39,359 nucleotides of DNA. It comes from a virus. Its lineage: Duplodnaviria > Heunggongvirae > Uroviricota > Caudoviricetes. The stretch lies in IMG/VR virus record IMGVR_UViG_2563366943_000021. The stretch is one strand, 5' to 3'. The notes beneath the pieces are model-generated. The model saw only the letters and a list, made by a program, of their open reading frames with translations. It did no database searches and was not told where the DNA came from. Both the position numbers and the translations under genes were made by a program. Of this stretch, positions 8,262 through 17,416 are shown one piece after another. The stretch's first letter is position 1, and every line of letters begins with the position of its first letter.

Positions 8262-8281
8262 AAGCACATCAGGAGTTTTCC

Positions 8282-8722
8282 TTGAAGTTTAACATTAGAA
8301 TATCTAATAGTTTTCTACATGGGGAAAGCAACACCCCTTTCGCTGTAGACGGACCTTTCCTTACTGATGATGAAATAAAAATCATACAAAGTTTTTTAGA
8401 GGATGTTGCCAATGGAAGGGCGCTTGTTGGAAAAAACAAGCCCTCGTGGGTTGATGATAACCATGATAAAATTCCCGGCTCAGACAATTATGAGCAAGAG
8501 AATTATTGGCATTATCATTGTGGGCCAACATGGTATCCAAACACATTTAAGAATTATACCATTAACTTAAATTTCAACCCTGGCGGAAGGCATTCTAATG
8601 AATGCATTCATTATGCAAAAAATGATAATGAAATTGTCATTGTTGGATTTTCAAGAGAACACATACCTTTCCTTTCATCAGATGGAAACAACAATCCGCT
8701 TTTTAATGATGAAGAAGAATAG
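8282..8722 (+). CDS. Hypothetical AT-rich protein (about 146 aa), second gene of cassette
   Basis: AT-rich relative to neighbours; putative TTG start with RBS AGGAG 6 nt upstream, in frame with tracked ORF 8141-8722; no family recognised. Confidence 0.45.
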   Translation: MKFNIRISNSFLHGESNTPFAVDGPFLTDDEIKIIQSFLEDVANGRALVGKNKPSWVDDNHDKIPGSDNYEQENYWHYHCGPTWYPNTFKNYTINLNFNPGGRHSNECIHYAKNDNEIVIVGFSREHIPFLSSDGNNNPLFNDEEE

Positions 8723-8743
8723 CCCGCGCTGCGGGCTTTTTTG
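8721..8743 (+). terminator. Rho-independent terminator after the cassette
   Basis: Stem AGCCCGC / GCGGGCT, loop GCT, then 6 T. Confidence 0.6.
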
Positions 8744-8814
8744 TGGACGAAACAAAAGTCAGTGCTACACTCATTGACGCCACATTGAGGTGGCTTATAG
8801 ATGGAAATTTCACA

Positions 8815-8976
8815 ATGAAAAAAGCATTTGCTGCACTGTTCGTTTTGTTGTCTCTGGTAGCTTCAACTCAGGCCTTTGCCGGTCGTTGTCAGCACGACAG
8901 CGACACTGCTGCTGACGGCTCCCGCTGCGGTGGGTGTTCTGCGGATTCCCGCCCGGGTGGCGGTGGCATTCGTTAA
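8815..8976 (+). CDS. Putative small secreted Cys-containing peptide (53 aa precursor)
   Basis: Internal ATG of tracked ORF gives MKKAFAALFVLLSLVASTQAFA signal peptide then 31 residues with 4 Cys and Gly-rich tail; weak RBS. Confidence 0.3.
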   Translation: MKKAFAALFVLLSLVASTQAFAGRCQHDSDTAADGSRCGGCSADSRPGGGGIR

Positions 8977-8998
8977 AAACAAGGCCGCGAAAGCGGCC
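8973..8998 (-). terminator. Rho-independent terminator for the minus-strand lipoprotein gene
   Basis: Stem GGCCGC / GCGGCC, loop GAAA; T-run on minus strand; directly downstream of lipoprotein stop. Confidence 0.55.
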
Positions 8999-8999
8999 T

Positions 9000-9011
9000 G
9001 TGACATGTCAC
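9000..9011. repeat. 12-bp perfect palindrome GTGACATGTCAC (copy 1 of 3)
   Basis: Identical 12-mer also at 26720-26731 and 28984-28995; all at gene ends. Confidence 0.7.
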
Positions 9012-9388
9012 GCAACGCAATTATTACCGCGCCATGTAACATTTTTAATAATCTTATCAGCACCAAACTCAACGTAAACAGAGCAACTGAAATGGAGTGT
9101 ATAACCGCCATCAGTTGTTGCGTATGTGTTTGAATATATAGTATTACCAATTAGATTAGACGTAGTATTATACGTTGTGGTTTGTGGTACGTTATAACTA
9201 CCAGAGCTTGAGTAAACATACACTCTGTTTCCATCTGGAGATGTAAGCTCTCCCTGAGGATACCCCCACTGCTGAACCATTGCGTCTATACTCTGCCCGC
9301 GCCACGTAAGCATATTTCTTTCAAACTGTGCAGCTGACTGGCATCCAACGAGAAGCATAAATCCAAAAATCAAAAATACTTTTCTCAT
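9008..9388 (-). CDS. Lipoprotein (126 aa), prophage moron
   Basis: Start moved to internal ATG (MRKVFLIFGFMLLVGC) giving signal peptide plus lipobox LVGC; low GC; own terminator. Confidence 0.55.
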   Translation of the reverse strand: MRKVFLIFGFMLLVGCQSAAQFERNMLTWRGQSIDAMVQQWGYPQGELTSPDGNRVYVYSSSGSYNVPQTTTYNTTSNLIGNTIYSNTYATTDGGYTLHFSCSVYVEFGADKIIKNVTWRGNNCVA

Positions 9389-9607
9389 AATTACCCCTAT
9401 CATGGAAAAACAGCACCAATCCACAAATTAACTAGTTATTTTATTATTCTTCCGAACAATACAATTCCGAATACTACAAAGCCGAACCATGCCGCTGCAC
9501 GCAACAGAGATTCCAATTGAAACCCATTTTTATCAAAATGTATGAATAGCATAAAAACGCTGCACATATTAGTACAATAAAAGTTATTTGAACCATCATA
9601 TCTCCTT

Positions 9608-12082
9608 TTATTGCGGAGTGACATCCTGTGGTCGCCACCAGTATGTCTGGTTAAACTCTTTCTTCGAACGTTGCTCCATTTTACGCAAATAGCCTGGTGA
9701 AAAATACTCCTGCATCTGGTTAAAGATCATGTGATCGAGAGCCGCCTTCAAGTACCAGAGATTCGCACCAGGCATCAAACCTTTCCCCAGCTTCACCAGA
9801 TCACCACCAGTCTGCTCACTCTTCCCTTCCACAGCATTTAACGGTATGCCCTGAGCAATCTTCACTACGTCATCAACCAGACCAGCTACCGGGCCAAGCA
9901 TCGACGCCAGCGCGCCGCTTCCGTACCTAGTGTGATCTGACAATAAAAAGTCACCGTAAAGGCCAAGACCACCACCTTTCAGTAGAGCACCAAGCCAGAA
10001 TTTTGCGGCATCTTCTCCTGTCATCTCTCGAGGATTACGACCAGACGCAAGGTCGTTAAGTTGCTGCGACAAAGCGCCAAGAATGGTCGTACTGGCAATA
10101 AACGTCGCAATATATGCCGCACGCCCACCAGCAGACGGCATACCCATAGCGCGTGACCAGTGACGCATAACAACCGAGATAGGGAACGATTTAAACAGGA
10201 AAACACTTCTCGTTAATTCACCTTTCCATGTTCCACGCTGAATACCAGAACCGGTTATCAGTTGCTCACGTGCTCCCGGTGTAATAACAGCCATATCAAC
10301 TTCTTCAGTTACGGCACCGAGCAGTTTACGCATTGCCTCAAATTTCACGCGTTCAGGCTCACCAAGATGTTTAACTGCTGAATCAGGGATACGCATAATG
10401 CTTTCCGGTGTCAGCATCGTATTATTACCGTTCCCCCAGTCCTCCTGTTTCGCCAGCTTCCATACGCTCCAGTCTGTGTCAGTAATCCCTTTGCTTTTCA
10501 GGATACGAAAATCAGAGTCATCGAGGCTACGAAGGTCTGGTGTCCGTGACACTACTTCTCCCAGGCTTCCCATCATGGTTACGCCATAGGCGCGCTTGTG
10601 CGCATCTGACCATGCTGTAAGCCCACTGGCACGCATTACCGCCGTTGCCGCCCAACGAGACACTGACGGCCCCATATTATCCATCGCCCAGCGGTTAACG
10701 CTGCCAAGTAGAGATTCCATCGCCAGACCAGCGCGGCGCGCCCGCGCAAGTTCTGTACGGTTCGTTGGGTCCATAGCTTCAAGCTGGTTGCGGAATAACT
10801 GGTTCATTGGAAGGTTGGTAACCTTCGCAGACAGATACATGGTTCCAAGATCAGAGAACGATGACAGCAACGCGGATCCGAGTCTGCTGGCAACCAGCCA
10901 GTTGCGGATATTGTCAGACCATCGCGCGATGTGCGGATTCGCTACAGGCTGTGTCTTTCCGGAAATAAAGTTGTACAGATTCTCTGTGTTGTTCGCCAGC
11001 CGCTCGACTTTACCGGTTTTACTCGGGTTAGCTGTTGCCGTTTCTGCCTTCACCTGATCAAGAAGAGAGCGGAAAACATGATCGGGGTTTGGGCCATATG
11101 TTTCCACCAGTGCAATATCTTTACTGATACCTTCCAGGTGACCGACCATGATTTCCCATAGAGAGCGATCGCCATAAAGTTGCTGATATTGCAGATAGGA
11201 ATCTGCATCTTTGAAATGTATCTGTCGTGATGCATTACCACGGTTAGCACGTGCGCCGGAAATTCGCATTCCGGTATCAGTAAGCTTATTCAGCCCACCA
11301 GTAGCGATCGTGTTATAAGCCTCTCCAAGAAATGAAGACAACTCGGCATCGTTCATCAGTTGTCCATCGGCTCGGATATAATATTTGCGATCCAGCTTAC
11401 CTATAACATCGCTAACCCACTTATCCTTTGATACTGCCCCAACCTTTTCCATAGAATGATGTTGAGGGATCCCCCAGTTTTCGAGATAGCCAATGTCCCC
11501 ACCAGCATCATTAAACCGGCGGCGCAGCAGCTCTGTAACTTCTCTCCACGCCTTAGCACCGTTTCTTGCTTTAGCATTGCCAGTATTTTGCCCCCGCATT
11601 TCATATACCAGGTCACGTACGCCCGCTTCATCTTCAAACAGACCAAAAAAGCGAGGATCAACTGCTTCGAATGCCTCCTGCAATTGACTCAATGCATAAT
11701 CACGGGTGGCTTTTGTTCTGGATTCAACAGAGAGGAAATTAGATTTACCGTCTGCATTAAAAGCTATAGTACGGTTAAGAGCGCCAAGTTTCCCATCAGC
11801 CCCTTGATAGCTATTGATAAATTTATCCAATCTCTGACGCGCGGCTATAGTGAGAGCCACACGACGTTTCTTTAATGCCGCTTCTCGCTGTAATTCTTCA
11901 GATGCCAATTGTGCTGCTCGATATAGCCGCTCTGATTCGGAAAGTTGTCGCCACGACATAGGGTCATCACGAGCAATGGAGCGCATATTTCGATAAATGC
12001 GGTCTTCAATGTTCTGTATTTCTCGCGCCGTTAACATGCGCTGCGCCGCCTGCTGAACCGCTTGTATACATTCCTGTCTCAT
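9608..12082 (-). CDS. Internal virion / DNA-ejection protein (824 aa)
   Basis: Large protein in the podovirus structural block between tail tubular genes and tailspike; C-terminal hydrophobic segments; by position analogous to T7 internal core proteins. Confidence 0.6.
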   Translation of the reverse strand: MRQECIQAVQQAAQRMLTAREIQNIEDRIYRNMRSIARDDPMSWRQLSESERLYRAAQLASEELQREAALKKRRVALTIAARQRLDKFINSYQGADGKLGALNRTIAFNADGKSNFLSVESRTKATRDYALSQLQEAFEAVDPRFFGLFEDEAGVRDLVYEMRGQNTGNAKARNGAKAWREVTELLRRRFNDAGGDIGYLENWGIPQHHSMEKVGAVSKDKWVSDVIGKLDRKYYIRADGQLMNDAELSSFLGEAYNTIATGGLNKLTDTGMRISGARANRGNASRQIHFKDADSYLQYQQLYGDRSLWEIMVGHLEGISKDIALVETYGPNPDHVFRSLLDQVKAETATANPSKTGKVERLANNTENLYNFISGKTQPVANPHIARWSDNIRNWLVASRLGSALLSSFSDLGTMYLSAKVTNLPMNQLFRNQLEAMDPTNRTELARARRAGLAMESLLGSVNRWAMDNMGPSVSRWAATAVMRASGLTAWSDAHKRAYGVTMMGSLGEVVSRTPDLRSLDDSDFRILKSKGITDTDWSVWKLAKQEDWGNGNNTMLTPESIMRIPDSAVKHLGEPERVKFEAMRKLLGAVTEEVDMAVITPGAREQLITGSGIQRGTWKGELTRSVFLFKSFPISVVMRHWSRAMGMPSAGGRAAYIATFIASTTILGALSQQLNDLASGRNPREMTGEDAAKFWLGALLKGGGLGLYGDFLLSDHTRYGSGALASMLGPVAGLVDDVVKIAQGIPLNAVEGKSEQTGGDLVKLGKGLMPGANLWYLKAALDHMIFNQMQEYFSPGYLRKMEQRSKKEFNQTYWWRPQDVTPQ

Positions 12083-12087
12083 TTAAT

Positions 12088-13890
12088 TTAACCTCTCAAG
12101 AAACACGCCACAGCGACATCAAACAGGCTGGAATCCTGTATTGCCTGCTCACTTTCCCTGTTCGCTTCATCCAGTGCTTCACGCGCACTGCGCGATTGTG
12201 GATTACCATCATCATCCAGCACGGTGATTATCATGTCAGGTGATTCAAGCAGCGAGTCTTCAGCTATGCGCAAATCAATATCTCCTGCCTGATCTGACAT
12301 CATTTTTTGTTCTGCCTGTTGCAATATTTTATCAGGCTCAAAAGGAGCTACTTCGTCTGGCGTCCTGACCTCTGCTGTTTTATAGAATGAAACAGCCTGA
12401 GCATTAAGTTCACTTTCTGCCTGCTGTCTCCGAGCCAGTTCTGCTCGAGCTTCAAAAAACTGACCGCCAGGCTCATGCGGTGCCAACGCGTTACGAGAAA
12501 ATTCCAGGCGTTCTTGTGCCTGCCGGATTCGTTGGTCAATATCGCGAAGTCTGGCCTGTTTATCTGATCGAGCACGAGATAAAGCCTTACCGCTACCGGC
12601 TGGATCTTCTGCAAGAATTTGTGCGCGCTGTTCAGTGAGATTTTCAATAATTCGTTGGCTATTAGCGATTTCAGACTGGTAAACCTGTCTATCGCCACGC
12701 GGCAAAAGCTGCGCGGCCTGTTCTTCAAGCAACCGATTTTCTATAGCGCGCGCCGTTACTCCATCATCTACAGATGACAGAGCCTCATTAACTGCCTGAG
12801 ACAGCAGACTCTTGCGTCCAGGAATTTCACTGAAAGATGCAGACTCAACAATGCTGGCAACGTCTACAGGTCTCCCCTGGCTAACATCAGACATGGCTTT
12901 TCGCAGAGCCTGAATGTGCGAATTACGCGAAAGCACGTTGATCGGCACGCCGGGAGCAATATCAATTTCAGCATGATGAGCGGCATTCGCCGCCAGTGCA
13001 GCATCGATATCAACTGGTGAAAAATTTGGTGCGCTTGTAGACTCGCCGCGAGAGTTAATAAATCTGCCGACACCACCAAACGCCACCCCAAGAACAGCAT
13101 CAATAGCAATTGCCTGTCGATCCAACACATCATACTGGTTAGCCATTTCGCTATAGCCACCATCACGAAGCGTTTTTGCAGTAAGCCCACGCTGTGCCAT
13201 ACCGAACGCAATATTTGTACCTGCGGCATAGGCAATATCTGGCGTTGCACGTACTGCTGTTGCTGCGGCGCGTCGCACTGAACTTTCACCCGTCCGCGCA
13301 AGCTGAGCCGCCACACCTTCCGCCAGCGCACCACCAGCACGTAACCCGAGGCTCATAGGGATCAGTGTTCCGGCACCAGCAGTAATACCCTGCACTAATC
13401 CCGCTTCCTGCGCCGTCCTGAAATCAACACCCTGTGCTGTAAGCCGTTCAAACTCAGAAAAACCCTGTAGAGAAGTTACCGCCGCAGCACCTCCGACCGG
13501 ACCACCGAGCGTTGTACCGACAACAGCCTGCCCGCCCATATCGAACAACCCATAAAGGACCTGCCCGGCGGTTCCGGTTGTCGCGGCATCAGGCGTCAGC
13601 CGCTTAACCTGCTGCTCTGCTAGTTTTCTCTGCTCAGCAATGTATGAAACTGAAGTGTCATTGATCGAGGTGTTTTCGTTAACAAACTGAGCAATCGGGG
13701 ATACGATTTTATCCATCCCTGCCCATAGCAACTGATCTGGCTTTGCCACCAGCCCGGAGTACAAACCAGACAATGCCGCTCCTACAGCATTGTCGAAAAA
13801 ACCAACATCGCTGTTAAAGCCAGCTGGATTTGATGCTGCTTCGTCAAGCTGCTGATTCTGGTTTACTGGATTAAGGCCAAAGTAACTCAT
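12088..13890 (-). CDS. Internal virion protein (600 aa), Gly/Ala-rich
   Basis: Position in structural operon; composition typical of internal core proteins; no specific family recognised. Confidence 0.55.
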   Translation of the reverse strand: MSYFGLNPVNQNQQLDEAASNPAGFNSDVGFFDNAVGAALSGLYSGLVAKPDQLLWAGMDKIVSPIAQFVNENTSINDTSVSYIAEQRKLAEQQVKRLTPDAATTGTAGQVLYGLFDMGGQAVVGTTLGGPVGGAAAVTSLQGFSEFERLTAQGVDFRTAQEAGLVQGITAGAGTLIPMSLGLRAGGALAEGVAAQLARTGESSVRRAAATAVRATPDIAYAAGTNIAFGMAQRGLTAKTLRDGGYSEMANQYDVLDRQAIAIDAVLGVAFGGVGRFINSRGESTSAPNFSPVDIDAALAANAAHHAEIDIAPGVPINVLSRNSHIQALRKAMSDVSQGRPVDVASIVESASFSEIPGRKSLLSQAVNEALSSVDDGVTARAIENRLLEEQAAQLLPRGDRQVYQSEIANSQRIIENLTEQRAQILAEDPAGSGKALSRARSDKQARLRDIDQRIRQAQERLEFSRNALAPHEPGGQFFEARAELARRQQAESELNAQAVSFYKTAEVRTPDEVAPFEPDKILQQAEQKMMSDQAGDIDLRIAEDSLLESPDMIITVLDDDGNPQSRSAREALDEANRESEQAIQDSSLFDVAVACFLRG

Positions 13891-16400
13891 TGCGGAATAT
13901 CTCCGGAGAATCTCTGACGCTTCTGTGTCAGATTAAGAACAACGGGAGAACCATCATCTTTCAGCAGATAACCAGTACCAAGTTTCACCAAGTACTGACT
14001 ATCGCCGTAACTTTGCAAACCATACTGACCAGGCGGTGTTTTTATCCCGGAGCCGACAACTTGTTCATTCCAAGCCTGATTAACCTGCTTATCGAATTGC
14101 TCTGCAGACATTCCCCACGGCAAAAGGACATTCCCCATTCCGTTATAGTCATGCACGCCACCTGTAGCTACGTTAACAGCCTGTTTCCAGACATCATTGT
14201 CAATTTCGCCTGATACCACGCCTTTTTTCGCCATCACACCAGCGTAATAATCCTTTGCGATCTCGTATGCCATTGATGCGCCCTGAGCGTCACCAGCAAA
14301 TGCATCCTTCACCATGTCAGAAAACTCAAGGCGAAGATCAGCATCTTTAGGCATCGGAATACCTTTCGCATCATCAGTACCTTTACGAGCCGCCGCGCCA
14401 GCAAGAATTGTCTGCGCAGCGGTTTCAGGAGACACGGAAACATCCGGATTAAACCAGTTTTTTTCTGCCAAAATACCACCAGGCTTATCCATCAGTATCC
14501 CGGCAACGGCAGCAGATGGAGCGTTGGCACTGATCTGCTGTAGTGCTGACATATACACCTGCCCACCACCAGTGCTCTGCCTGATGGTATCGAGATATGC
14601 TGCCTGTTGGGAAACTGGAGCATCACGAAAGAAAACACCGATCTGATTGGCCTCGTCTTTGGAAAAGAACGTCAGTGGAGTGCCATATGACTTAGCAAGG
14701 TCACTGACCTGAGCGGCACGCAAGGCAACGCTCTGTCCAAAGTTATCCTTATTGCTCATGTCGATAGGCTTTGCCTGTCCGGAGGCAAGAGAGAACTGCA
14801 CAGGATCCGACTGCCGCTGCTTTATCACCTGATTTGCAGCCGAAACAACGTTGTCATAAAGAGTTGCGCGTGCCGCATACCCCTCCCCTGTATCACCAGT
14901 ATCCGGGCGTAATTGCTCAACATATGCTGTAATGCTGCTTGTCGGCATGTTGCGGAAAGAGCCTATATACTGTCCGGCGATCTGCGTATTCTTAAACTCG
15001 GTATATCGCAGGTTTCCTTCTCTGACTCCATAAGCTGCAATAAAATCATCCTCACCAGGTGGGTTAGGAAATTCAATGCCACGCATATACGCAGCCGTCG
15101 CATCGCGAACCCGGCTGTCGAGCATCGTTTTATATTCAGCCTGCTGTTGTCTGGCTAGTGCATCAGTCTGTCGCAACACGCTGGCCTGATCTGATTCACT
15201 TAAAGCATCGAACCAGGCTACACCGGTATAACGTTTATTTTTTGTCGGTAGCTGAGAAAGCCCCAGCGCAGCACTAACACCTGCAGTTAACTGCTGATCA
15301 CTGTATGGCTGGCTACCGTTTTCATGATGGATAATGGCTGCACAAAGCGCCTTCAGGGTATCAGGATTTGATGCATCGAGAGGCTCATCAGCAGAAACGC
15401 CAAGTTGTTCGCACACTGCTTTGATATACGACATAGTGTCATTTTTATCAGTAGGCGGTGCCCAGCGATTAATTATCTCGCTGACGGTATCAATACCCTG
15501 CCGCTGATACGACATCAGGTTCCGCCCTAATGCACGAATACCGTGTTCAGGGGTTTCGAATTTGGCAAAGCGACCATCATCACCAGTCTGCCCAACCCAC
15601 GGATTAGTTTTGCTGTATTCAAGATTGCCGGGGTTATTGTTGCGTATACCGCGGGTACGATCGGAAGAGCCACTATCTGCTACAGCACGGCGAGAACCAG
15701 CAGCAGTATCGCTTAACTCGCCGTTTTGCTGTCTTACCTGAAGATAGTTTGCTCCAATAGCATTTTGAGCAGTTGCTTTTGCTGTTGCTTCTTTAAACTC
15801 GATTTTCTTGGCCTGGATTTGCTCGTCACTCCAGCCATGTGCAATGCCGTAATCCTCAATTTGCTGGAAAGTTTGCTTATTAGCCAATACGTATGCGGCG
15901 TTGTCGCCATACAATGCTGCGGCATTTTTACCATTGTTCAGCAGCGTAGCCTGAAACTGGCCTTCTTCGTAGGCATTTATTTGCCCTATCTCGTGCCGCC
16001 CGGCCTGCGTAGTGAACTGAATGCGCTGCTGCTGCGCCTGCTGCATGAAAGCATTACGAGCCTGTTCATCCGGCAGCGACATAGCCAGTTGTTCGACCTG
16101 AGCATCAAACTGCTGCGTATACTCCTGACCTTTTCCAATAGCATTTTTCCCTTTCAGGTTAAGCAAACCTGTTTCAGGGTTATTCAGCAGATCGCTGCTT
16201 ATCTGGCTTAAGCTAAGAGAAGCATCCTGAGCCATAGCAACATTCGCACGCTGTTTTGCCTGCGCAATAATACCTGCATATTGCTCTGCAACATCGCCAA
16301 GTACATCACCGACATTTGGTGTCTGAAACGATGAGAATCCCTGCGTCGAAATCCCTCTGCTCTGAACCTGACGGCCCGATGTTGTTGGTACAACTGGCAT
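13887..16400 (-). CDS. Internal virion protein (837 aa)
   Basis: Position in structural operon, translationally coupled to neighbours. Confidence 0.55.
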   Translation of the reverse strand: MPVVPTTSGRQVQSRGISTQGFSSFQTPNVGDVLGDVAEQYAGIIAQAKQRANVAMAQDASLSLSQISSDLLNNPETGLLNLKGKNAIGKGQEYTQQFDAQVEQLAMSLPDEQARNAFMQQAQQQRIQFTTQAGRHEIGQINAYEEGQFQATLLNNGKNAAALYGDNAAYVLANKQTFQQIEDYGIAHGWSDEQIQAKKIEFKEATAKATAQNAIGANYLQVRQQNGELSDTAAGSRRAVADSGSSDRTRGIRNNNPGNLEYSKTNPWVGQTGDDGRFAKFETPEHGIRALGRNLMSYQRQGIDTVSEIINRWAPPTDKNDTMSYIKAVCEQLGVSADEPLDASNPDTLKALCAAIIHHENGSQPYSDQQLTAGVSAALGLSQLPTKNKRYTGVAWFDALSESDQASVLRQTDALARQQQAEYKTMLDSRVRDATAAYMRGIEFPNPPGEDDFIAAYGVREGNLRYTEFKNTQIAGQYIGSFRNMPTSSITAYVEQLRPDTGDTGEGYAARATLYDNVVSAANQVIKQRQSDPVQFSLASGQAKPIDMSNKDNFGQSVALRAAQVSDLAKSYGTPLTFFSKDEANQIGVFFRDAPVSQQAAYLDTIRQSTGGGQVYMSALQQISANAPSAAVAGILMDKPGGILAEKNWFNPDVSVSPETAAQTILAGAAARKGTDDAKGIPMPKDADLRLEFSDMVKDAFAGDAQGASMAYEIAKDYYAGVMAKKGVVSGEIDNDVWKQAVNVATGGVHDYNGMGNVLLPWGMSAEQFDKQVNQAWNEQVVGSGIKTPPGQYGLQSYGDSQYLVKLGTGYLLKDDGSPVVLNLTQKRQRFSGDIPQ

Positions 16401-16412
16401 CTTATTATCCCC

Positions 16413-16952
16413 TTATCGACCGGTTGGAGTGCCAACAGCAGCAGAAATCGGCGCAGCCTTCTGAGAGAACGGGCTCCACGTTCCGCCGCCCATCTGGTAT
16501 GCACCGTATGCTTTTAGTGGTGCCGTTAACAAAGTGCTGGTCATCGATGATTTAGCAGCCGACTGAGCAGCAGCCCCCTGTGCCTGAGCATTCATTCCCT
16601 GAACCTGATACCCATATGCCTCACGCTGAGCATTATTCACTGTCGTTAACGCATCAAGAGTGCCGAACTGAGCATTATCCGCAAAAACGTCAAGAGCTGT
16701 TCCGCTACTTAATTCCGCACCGGTAGCCCCCATAGTGGCCGCCGCAGTGCCTGAGCGTTGACGCATTTCACGACGACGCTGATCCGCTTCAATATTCCCA
16801 CGATTGATTGAATCCTGTGCCTGAGCTTCAGCAATTTCAGCATTCCGATCAGCTATGGCTGACTGGTATTTTGCCTGCTTGCTCTGGCTGTACATTGACG
16901 CGGCTGTGGATGCCACTGTGACGGCAACCAAAGCGATGGCTGGGTTACACAT
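16413..16952 (-). CDS. Internal virion protein (179 aa)
   Basis: Position downstream of tail tubular genes; Ala/Gln-rich. Confidence 0.5.
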   Translation of the reverse strand: MCNPAIALVAVTVASTAASMYSQSKQAKYQSAIADRNAEIAEAQAQDSINRGNIEADQRRREMRQRSGTAAATMGATGAELSSGTALDVFADNAQFGTLDALTTVNNAQREAYGYQVQGMNAQAQGAAAQSAAKSSMTSTLLTAPLKAYGAYQMGGGTWSPFSQKAAPISAAVGTPTGR

Positions 16953-17416
16953 TATTTTCTCTCCATGTGAAATCTGTGGAAATTAAGACCAAGAGCACCA
17001 TAAGGCGCGGCTTCTTCAAGCCTGAATCCAAGCCAGTGCAGCCATGCTTTGGCAACATGGTTTCGCTCGTCGACGTAGTTTTCCAGGCGCGGATAAACTG
17101 CCAGCATCTGCTGCAATACATGGCGGCAGTGGCGAAGAAATGTCTTCTGATATTTTTCAATACGGCTGGTTCCTACCAGCCAGGGCGTACCATTGCCACC
17201 GATCATTGACGCCGGAGATACGCCAAACATGGTTACCAGTTCTCCGTTCGCAAATCCTGACCAGGCCATAGTCGCAGTACGCAGACCAACACGCAGCGCA
17301 TCTTCGGTAGTCATCAGTGATACCGCATACAGTTCGTCAATATCAGCCTGACGAACATCCGGCAAAATCATCTGAAGATGCTCTTCGGTTGCGGGAATAA
17401 TTTGAACATCGATCAT
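16952..17416 (-). CDS. Virion-associated hypothetical protein (154 aa)
   Basis: Position; ATGA-type overlap with upstream gene. Confidence 0.5.
   Translation of the reverse strand: MIDVQIIPATEEHLQMILPDVRQADIDELYAVSLMTTEDALRVGLRTATMAWSGFANGELVTMFGVSPASMIGGNGTPWLVGTSRIEKYQKTFLRHCRHVLQQMLAVYPRLENYVDERNHVAKAWLHWLGFRLEEAAPYGALGLNFHRFHMERK

Noticed and set aside
8141-8281. ATG 8141 as start of the 193-aa tracked ORF
   Set aside because: It overlaps the well-supported 55-aa ORF in another frame and lies in GC-normal DNA; a TTG start at 8282 with RBS after the 55-aa stop fits better, though the start remains uncertain.
8998-9014. Reading the palindrome as a CRP site (TGTGA-N6-TCACA)
   Set aside because: Only the left half matches; the right half is ACGCA. 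The 12-mer itself is the conserved unit across the three copies.
9436-9624. Minus-strand 62-aa ORF with C-terminal hydrophobic segment
   Set aside because: AT-rich, no clear RBS, overlaps the end of the 824-aa gene; could be a small membrane protein but support is insufficient to call.
13887-16400. Peptidoglycan-hydrolase domain in the 837-aa internal virion protein, suggested by an RNNNPGNL motif
   Set aside because: I could not tie the motif to a defined hydrolase family from memory; left as internal virion protein pending HMM search.
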